A DNA stretch of 25,733 nucleotides from a virus (Duplodnaviria; Caudoviricetes): positions 1 to 25,733 of IMG/VR virus record IMGVR_UViG_3300020044_003610. The stretch is one strand, 5' to 3'. Below the pieces are notes generated by a model. The model saw nothing but the letters and a program-made list of their open reading frames with translations, ran no database searches and was not told the DNA's origin. Shown here in pieces: positions 7,601-13,202 of the stretch. Every line of letters begins with the position of its first letter. Position 1 is the stretch's first letter. Made by a program: the position numbers and the translations under genes.

Positions 7601-10541
7601 TCTCATCACCACGGTTTTCAAAACCTTTGGCGACAATACCGTCGAACCCTGTAACTTCTTGCACAGCTCTATTCACAATTTCAACATCAACGCCAGCACC
7701 TACTAAGCCGCCCAGTTGGTCAATTGCTTTGTCGTCATTCATCACTAATTCAGTGGCGCTGTTGATTACTTTCTGCAAACCTTCATAGTTCACATCACCA
7801 AAGTTAGAAAGGAAGCCATCACCAATATCAGCGTCATTAACTTCAGCTTCACGCTTCGCAATGTTCGATAATAGTTTCTTAATGGTCGCCTTGTTAAACG
7901 CTGGTTGATCGTAAGGCATTGGTTTCTGCATAGCGAGGTACGCGCTAATCACATTACCGTATGATCTGGCAATATCTTTGTTATTGGTGAAGTAGAATCC
8001 CGCACCTTCAACACGACCGTTTGACCCAATCTTAGAATAGTCAAATGTGAAATCACCCGTGGTCAAATCACCTGGTGTACCCGAATAAACAACTTTTGGC
8101 GCACCCTTCTCATCAACAATCTTTGAATCACCGAAATAGTTCCAAAAATCATTGACCACTTGTTCATTGGCACCCAAGTATTCACCGGCGCTGTTCTTAG
8201 TGGTGCGTTGAATAGTACCTTTGCGGATAGTGTCGGGTAGGGTCTGTTGTCTCAATGTTGCGGGTGTATATGTAAAACTGATCGGCGGTGTGTACGCTTC
8301 ACCATCGAAGTCTAATGTAACGTCATCCTGTTTTAGATAACTAATTTTTTCATAGTAGGATTTCGCACTCTTAGTGGAATCTACAACCGCAAGTCGTTTA
8401 CCGGTTTGATCCGCGTAATTTTTAAGTTGGTTGATTACAGACGTACCGCGACCAGTACCCGTTGCAACTTCAGCAAGATCATCTAATTTCTTAGCAGCAA
8501 TACTGGTGAGATAAACGTTATTTTCGTCTTCACGAATAGACGCTTGTACTTGAGCATTGTCAAATTTCAATACAACACTTTCACCCAGTACCGAGTCTGG
8601 TTTACCCTCTTTAACCACCTCACCAAGTGACTTAACACTATCCATAGCCGTACTAAACGATTGACCCAATGTCTCAAGCTCAGCACCCATGCGAGCAGCT
8701 TCGCCCGTCTGTGGCCCCTGAATCACAAGACCCGATTGTTCATAAGCCTGCTGAACACTGATCCCGTTATCACGCGCAAACACTGTAGCCCACGCGGGTA
8801 CGATGCGCGCCATCACATCAGCGTTCTTAGAATTAAGGCGACCGGTATCAATCAACTGTTGCTTAACAGTATCGAAGATCTGTTGCGACTCAACATACTG
8901 ACTCACGTTCTCATTAGCGCGGGTCATTAAATCAGTCATTAAGGTTTCAGTTTCATCTTGCGACTGCTTCAAGCGGAACGGTGACGGGGCGGTGCCGTTC
9001 AGGTTCATAAACTCGCGCAGCGCGGTGAAGTGTTCAGTACCCGCGATATGAGTAGCGAAATCGGCAATGGGTATCACCACGTCACTACCGAGTGCAGCAG
9101 CATCGTTGATACCTGCTGCCAGTAACTTGACCGCTGGTGACTCTTTATCTTCAAGGGTGTCTAGGTACAGCTTGGCTTGTACACCGTCTATGAATACGTG
9201 GGTGTTGTTATCACCGTCGGCTTGTGACATGAATTGGTGAAATGAATCAGCGTCACGGCGGCGCAACTCCGAGTTGTTCGCATCTACTGCAATTGAATCA
9301 ATGGTGGTTTGGTCGCGTTGGTGCTGAGTGACTTCGGCTTCTTGTTCGGTAGATAATGACTGCATCACTTTACCGATACCACCAATAGCACCCGACTGAA
9401 CACCACCCGCGACAAGAGTGGCGCCGAGTGTAACTGCTTGTCGTTCAAGTTGGATCTTTGCTTTTTCTTCAAGTGTAGCGGCATTATCCCACTCTTGATC
9501 GAGACCATTCAGTATTGCATTGGTTGATTGACCAAGAGTTGCGACCTGTTCACCGGCTACTTCAGTCGCCATGTACTTAATCATCTTCTTACGCAGCCCA
9601 ACACCATCGAGCATGTCACCGAGGAACTTAGCAGGTAGAACCTCAGTTAATATTTCAATAGATGCGTCAATAGATGCGTAGTTAGATGCCGCATCATGGT
9701 CAAGACCACTAGCGGATGCTTCAGCGTATGAGGTGCCGTAAGTAGTTGAACCCGCCCACCCCAGTATAGGCGCAGGGTTACGTGTAGCAACTGACCCTGC
9801 TAACCCTGGCAACATCATGCCCACTGACTCAATACCGCTGCGCACTGACTTCTGAGCTAGGTTAAGGTCTTTAGGTGTGTTCGCGGCTATCTCAGCATTC
9901 AACGCTGTTACGCGGGTATTTAACTCGGTGTTAATATCGGGTGTACTGAATACTAGATTCAAAGGATCTTGCGCGTTGTTTCGAGTGACATCAACTTCTT
10001 CAGGGAAATCTGACGACTGCTGCGCACTGTTACGCAACGACTGAATTAAACCGTATCCTGATTTTTTCAACCCTGATAACAGGTTCACGCCTAAACCTTC
10101 AAACGTGTTACCGATACGGTTCTCAGTAATTACTTCAGTGTCGGCTGTGAAGTCGGTGATACGTTTAAGCGCACCTTCGATTTTCTTGAGCACACCGATA
10201 TCATCATGCGCAATGGTGGCTTTGTCGAAGTCACTGAAGAACTTGCCCGTAGCGGGGTGTGCTGTGAAATCTTCACTAGCCACTTTATTAGCGCGGTGGT
10301 CTGCTTCAACACCAAGGGGGTCAACTGCCACATCATCCACGGGAATGCCCGTGTCACGAGATAACTGGTTGATTTTTACTTGTTGGTCGGGGTTTACGCG
10401 CGCAGCTTCAGATAGCACCGCTGAAGTGGGTACTTCATCATCAAATATGGATAAATCTACGGTGTTATTGGTGGGTTCAACTGACTGAACACTCGGTACT
10501 TCATCATCAAATATGGATAAATCTACGTTGTTATCAGCCAT
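1689..10541 (-). CDS. Large polyvalent internal virion/ejection protein (2950 aa): LPD22-like, GNAT-like, two ART-PolyVal-like, LPD23-like and two HEXXH metallopeptidase-like regions
   Basis: Occupies the T7 gp16-equivalent position just before the tailspike. Motifs: NPDQ...TGIP...IAHDDIGVL (LPD22-like); GTGRGTSVINQLKNYAD...SYYEK (GNAT-like); FGDSKIVDEKGAPKVVYSGT and FADSKVVDDAGKPMVVYHGS...PNQIKS (ART-PolyVal-like); TGWFMGVDGKWRYEISD (LPD23-like); HELQH and HEFAH zincin motifs. Confidence 0.85.
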   Translation of the reverse strand: MADNNVDLSIFDDEVPSVQSVEPTNNTVDLSIFDDEVPTSAVLSEAARVNPDQQVKINQLSRDTGIPVDDVAVDPLGVEADHRANKVASEDFTAHPATGKFFSDFDKATIAHDDIGVLKKIEGALKRITDFTADTEVITENRIGNTFEGLGVNLLSGLKKSGYGLIQSLRNSAQQSSDFPEEVDVTRNNAQDPLNLVFSTPDINTELNTRVTALNAEIAANTPKDLNLAQKSVRSGIESVGMMLPGLAGSVATRNPAPILGWAGSTTYGTSYAEASASGLDHDAASNYASIDASIEILTEVLPAKFLGDMLDGVGLRKKMIKYMATEVAGEQVATLGQSTNAILNGLDQEWDNAATLEEKAKIQLERQAVTLGATLVAGGVQSGAIGGIGKVMQSLSTEQEAEVTQHQRDQTTIDSIAVDANNSELRRRDADSFHQFMSQADGDNNTHVFIDGVQAKLYLDTLEDKESPAVKLLAAGINDAAALGSDVVIPIADFATHIAGTEHFTALREFMNLNGTAPSPFRLKQSQDETETLMTDLMTRANENVSQYVESQQIFDTVKQQLIDTGRLNSKNADVMARIVPAWATVFARDNGISVQQAYEQSGLVIQGPQTGEAARMGAELETLGQSFSTAMDSVKSLGEVVKEGKPDSVLGESVVLKFDNAQVQASIREDENNVYLTSIAAKKLDDLAEVATGTGRGTSVINQLKNYADQTGKRLAVVDSTKSAKSYYEKISYLKQDDVTLDFDGEAYTPPISFTYTPATLRQQTLPDTIRKGTIQRTTKNSAGEYLGANEQVVNDFWNYFGDSKIVDEKGAPKVVYSGTPGDLTTGDFTFDYSKIGSNGRVEGAGFYFTNNKDIARSYGNVISAYLAMQKPMPYDQPAFNKATIKKLLSNIAKREAEVNDADIGDGFLSNFGDVNYEGLQKVINSATELVMNDDKAIDQLGGLVGAGVDVEIVNRAVQEVTGFDGIVAKGFENRGDENSMIYVAFFPEQVKSVNNKGSFDTTTGNIFNQFVGINAQGVPMAELDRAKHMREQGLGNNAIQRDTGWFMGVDGKWRYEISDHEAEWSVKPSQIPTYAEMLNDVSNELFDKPFGRLPAKEENDQRQEVIDAVAVRSRQYETVGGMLNHSALFKAYPSLRNIELHFQPMGNGERGSYGVTANAININESMSESEQLSTLMHELQHAIQELEDFARGGNDSKPFANNVKSVLQRLDADMTNKLDTWDYRNQWKFKTVDKAAELSRNALMYQSYKRLIEYSTRDKPSGVFRHILNESQWIYDDKFRGNREANDLQRKFYDMPRSGPKRQEAVRDIAFSIGVFLKSQIPESQITMFENDTRTMTGMIKALSREATKAKELLKPRQELVGKAKRAALVAGVTKFKTPYDIYRALGGEIEARITQARLKLTPEQRRVRSIATDTDIPMSEAIVVLGGMELAVPEALSKSRDDVTASDNFKRWFADSKVVDDAGKPMVVYHGSNAHAYSNGESIEVFNTRSRGGAFFSSSKQIASQYGEKVYSTYLSIQKPLIINVEGKGWNTLDVSMVINGSVPDKLKQQSSKEAVILSTLYAELDELMGENPTGSIAPKISNSDTTLDGKKLGDIPGIENVQLETDGIAKLARTLGFDGVIFKNVKDSPTSGAGYNQEPSDIYAVFNPNQIKSAIDNNGQFDPNDSSILKQQSRGYYEPANSLIRLTEASNLSTFMHEFAHFMYEMELKSNGKKLSGIHNWFKRNAVDVAKEANEVIAKQTPDFTRPALVVTPSDVTLYLDNGTTGDANIDTAIRVATHEQFARGWEAYIMEGKSPSIELRNVFRVMAQWMVEIYKSIRGLNVKLDNEMRKVLDTMVATEEQIKMAEARARFAPLFTDAAAAGMTEAEFAAYKERVEKTQGAATETLRDKLIAQITRTKKQSWKEEKQDLIDTELTALKALPVYKAIDTLRNGDFKLDHATVKELYGVEKTDARGITSTRIPSALTNMTAKGATGVHPDEAAAFFGYGSGAEMIDAISKAKPIGDAAADRAEAIMLERHGDILNDGSIEKEADDAVQNEERGRLILAELKILSRGQRSIDREVIRGLAEETIDKLSYRQIHPNKYRNAEIKAAMEAASMFAKGNMEGAAAAKARQVMNYFLAMEATAAQNNITKIVDSMGRYNKKEVREEIMKAENGYWEQIVKILERFEFRKSATLSSVEQHNQDINTWAAERMSVDGDGLVLSPVVLNELYKDHWKNVKYNDLQGVSDSVKNIEHVARYSNKMVRMGEEITFKKLVNKLVDHWSALPQRFKAQRTTVVDGKNYGRWIMGQMTKIPYLASWLDGGERIGLSHQVFVQPFNDAKHAEVALWKQIGNDVMKAIENRSKADKKRHNAKVFIPEIKNDENDGNLWGHQILAVALNTGNAGNLRKMLLGEGWANPENDAEITFNNPKLQAVLKHMNENDWKLVQLIWDRMDQLYPQLAEVHRRTTGLTPPKVEATPVVTPYGTFNGGYYPMKYDPNRSHKAELNEERLNANTESMFSTTGSIQSSVNASATNERTKYYAPIRFSLDVVPNHFQEVIHFITHHDAVREVNKLIRNKSIAESIKTTMGAEEFAQLKPWLNDIAKDGNETKTKTFLEKAFGKLRMGTTLGVMGFKATTGLLQVSGIFNTMGEAGAANTLQALRTILAGPDSIKSAWEFARDNSKTLSHRAESFDREMQNVMSKLQNKSGKLAKLQEVSMKHIAYIQLYMVDLPSWYAGYLKAMKEHGDEQRAYQYGDWIVEQAQGSGLTKDMASLYRNQGELHRSLTMFMTYFSSLWNLERDIVKGTKSGKYNAVDLAAKGLFFFTLPVLFEMLLRGDFGDDDEEAIAQKLALKLALFPIQSIPGVRDAANAKATDFGYTMSPIASVIAKGIDGTSGIQNSVWEGEDISARDIKNVTKLAGAAFGIPGTGQAWNSGEHLYNVLAEGEDLTFRELVIGPVKKQ
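10429..10527. repeat. 33-bp exact direct repeat (two copies, 66-bp period) encoding VDLSIFDDEVP twice
   Basis: ggtacttcatcatcaaatatggataaatctacg occurs at 10429-10461 and at 10495-10527. Confidence 0.95.
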
Positions 10542-10546
10542 CGAGT

Positions 10547-12184
10547 TTACTCTTTAAGTGCGGCCTCCCTAGCGGAAGCGGTTTCATGAACTTTCATTAA
10601 GTTTTTAGTAGTAACAGCTTTACCGTTAGCGCGCAAATAGTTGGTGTAAGCGTCTAACTCATCAGCCGGTAGGTCATCCAATTTTATAGTAGGATCGGGT
10701 AAATAGCTACGCTCCTTGACTACACCTCGCGAGAAGTCACTCAGTACCTTACGATACTCATCATCACTGAGAAATGACTTACCAGTCTCACGCATCTTAC
10801 TTTCAATCATCGCATCAACGGTACGATTGAGTGCGTTGAACTTCTCGATGTCACTCGAACCCGTCATTGTCTTCTTACCCATCAGCTCATACAGTCGATC
10901 TTTCTTCAACTGGTCGCGGGTGGTAGTACCATCAGCTTGACCTTTGCGCGCAGCGAGTACGGCAGTAGCCAGCTTCTCACGGTGAGCTGTGTCAAGTTGC
11001 CCGGCGTACTCAGCAGGGTTGACTTGAGCTAATCGATCTGGTGACTGTGAAATGAGTTTGAAGTAAGTGTCGTAGTCGTTCACAACACCCTTGCCACCGA
11101 TAAGCTGCTGTTGCTGTGCACCAGACATCTTGTTCCATGCTTCGGGGTTTGTTGACTTGAACTGCTCAGCCGTACCACCCCCACCCGTGAACTTGATTGC
11201 ATCATCAAATATTGCAGCAGATTCTTCAACCTGTGCCTGCTTAATCATGTTGAGCTGGTACATAGATTCTTTCATCACGCTGTTGCGCAACTTAGGATCT
11301 TGGATCGCATTAATGTCGTCCATGATCGCAGTACGCGCATCATCACGACCCGCGTACTTTGCAATCAACCCACCGGCTGTATTCACCGTGTAATCAGCTT
11401 CACTTTTGACCTGTTCGGATTTTACCTTTGTGTCAAGCATCTGCTTGATCTTGACAACATCGGGACCTTCTAACTGAGTTTCATACTTGTCGAATAACGC
11501 TTTACCTTCAGCGGAGCTCGACTGGGTGGCCGCGTGAATTGAGCTTGAGATAAATGCTGAGTTGTAGCTTTGCAGTTTTTCATTCACGGCTTCAGGTGGT
11601 AAGCCTTTCAACTTGCCTAGGTCAAGTACACCTTGGCGCCCCAGTTCCATTTGAATACCCAAACGCTTTGGATCGTTCCAATAGAGTGCAGCATTCTCAA
11701 CGGTGTTTTCTAAAGCAGCTTCAGCGGTGCTGGTTTCCCATGCGCGCATACCCTTGGCACCGTGCTGCATAATATCTTGCTGAGCACTGGTGATATGTTT
11801 GTTCGCCACACGGTCGAATGCTTGACGACCCATCTCAGTTTTAAGTGTACCTGAGTAATTGCGTTTCAGTTCTTCAAGCTGCTTGTTGACATCGGGCGCG
11901 CGGTCGAGCGCGTCACGACCTTGAGTATTGAAGTAACCCTCTTTAGGGTCAAAGAATATCTTGTTCTTGTCACGTTCAAAGCTCACCAGAGCGGCTTCCG
12001 CTTCAGTATCAGCAACCCGCTTCTGAGCTGCTTGATACGACGCCATCACATCACCAGCGGTATCTGCAAGTGCGGCTACAGTGTTTCCGCTGAAAGCACC
12101 TGCTGGTACATTAGCCGACGCCATGGGTGCGTTGTTGATCTGAGTTTCAACTTTCGGACCACCATACTGTTCAACTTTTAACAT
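10547..12184 (-). CDS. Internal virion/ejection protein (T7 gp15-position, 545 aa, mostly alpha-helical)
   Basis: Lies between the small internal virion protein and the giant protein. Helical A/Q/E/K-rich composition with a GYFNTQGRDA motif typical of this position in podophages. TAATG coupling with the upstream gene. Confidence 0.7.
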   Translation of the reverse strand: MLKVEQYGGPKVETQINNAPMASANVPAGAFSGNTVAALADTAGDVMASYQAAQKRVADTEAEAALVSFERDKNKIFFDPKEGYFNTQGRDALDRAPDVNKQLEELKRNYSGTLKTEMGRQAFDRVANKHITSAQQDIMQHGAKGMRAWETSTAEAALENTVENAALYWNDPKRLGIQMELGRQGVLDLGKLKGLPPEAVNEKLQSYNSAFISSSIHAATQSSSAEGKALFDKYETQLEGPDVVKIKQMLDTKVKSEQVKSEADYTVNTAGGLIAKYAGRDDARTAIMDDINAIQDPKLRNSVMKESMYQLNMIKQAQVEESAAIFDDAIKFTGGGGTAEQFKSTNPEAWNKMSGAQQQQLIGGKGVVNDYDTYFKLISQSPDRLAQVNPAEYAGQLDTAHREKLATAVLAARKGQADGTTTRDQLKKDRLYELMGKKTMTGSSDIEKFNALNRTVDAMIESKMRETGKSFLSDDEYRKVLSDFSRGVVKERSYLPDPTIKLDDLPADELDAYTNYLRANGKAVTTKNLMKVHETASAREAALKE

Positions 12185-12753
12185 TATGCCATCGCCGTAT
12201 TAGGTTGAGATAACCATGATGATTGTGCAGTACCCGATGGTGAATCAAACATGGTGCTGCTGTTTATTGCACTTTTTTGATCGTACCACCCACCAGCTAC
12301 ACCACCTTGATACATTTGACCTGCTGCTTGAACACCCCCAGTGATAATTGACCGAATACCTGCTTTTTTAGATGCAGCACCTTCGGCCCTAGTTAGTACA
12401 GCCTTATCATTGAGTGCGTCAGCCGCTTCGCTGTAGTTGCTGCGGATACGCAACGCATCCACATTACCCATCAACTCAGCGTCTTGCTGTAATTGGAGTG
12501 GTGAACCTGAGTTTAAATCAACACCGTTTGCACCGATTGCTGCGCGTTGATTAGATATTAACTGCTGTACTTTCTCACGGTGAGCGTTCTCAGCTTCAAC
12601 CCCTTTGTTACGGGTTTGAATCGCGCTGTTGTCCATATTGCGCGCGTTGTAGTTTGCCACTTTATTGGCATACTGACCTTGTTGGTAATCAGATACACCT
12701 TTAGCAGCCGCAGTGACCGCCATAATTATATAAGGGATTGCTGGACCGCACAT
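12184..12753 (-). CDS. Internal virion protein B-like (T7 gp14-position, 189 aa)
   Basis: Starts MCGPA followed by a hydrophobic stretch; contains QRAAIGANGVDLNSGSPL and is A/Q/G rich, typical of gp14-like ejection proteins. Gene order agrees. Confidence 0.8.
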   Translation of the reverse strand: MCGPAIPYIIMAVTAAAKGVSDYQQGQYANKVANYNARNMDNSAIQTRNKGVEAENAHREKVQQLISNQRAAIGANGVDLNSGSPLQLQQDAELMGNVDALRIRSNYSEAADALNDKAVLTRAEGAASKKAGIRSIITGGVQAAGQMYQGGVAGGWYDQKSAINSSTMFDSPSGTAQSSWLSQPNTAMA

Positions 12754-13202
12754 CTTGTAAACCTCATAAACAGTTCGCCATTCACACCGATGGGTTCAGG
12801 GTCACTCATCGTGAACCCCATCGACTTCAACCATCGGATACTTTTTACATTTTCACAGTGTACCCAGTTTTCTAACCGAGGACACACTTCAAGCATTTCA
12901 TCTACGCCAACTCTAGTGTGTTCAATAAACTCGCGCTTGTGCTTGAATATTAAGTCTGTACCTAGTAACCATGGTACACCAAAACCAGTGACAATGTTCT
13001 CAACTACCAACCCGAATACTACACAGGGTTCACCGTTGATTAACGCCGCTGCGCACAGCTTGGATCTGTCAACACCTGTCATCAATGCGTCAATGGGGGT
13101 GTAACCATGTGACGCGGCAATCTCGACACGATCAGCTTGTCGCATGTTATCCGCAACATACCGAATCAGCTCGTCGGTAGGTTTAACAAACTTAACTGAC
13201 AT
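12726..13202 (-). CDS. GNAT-fold protein, T7 gp13/internal virion protein A-like (DUF2833-like)
   Basis: MRQADRVEI, GVPWLLGTD and LENWVHCENVKSIRWLKSMGF motifs; sits directly after the tail nozzle gene. Confidence 0.8.
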   Translation of the reverse strand: MSVKFVKPTDELIRYVADNMRQADRVEIAASHGYTPIDALMTGVDRSKLCAAALINGEPCVVFGLVVENIVTGFGVPWLLGTDLIFKHKREFIEHTRVGVDEMLEVCPRLENWVHCENVKSIRWLKSMGFTMSDPEPIGVNGELFMRFTRCAVQQSLI

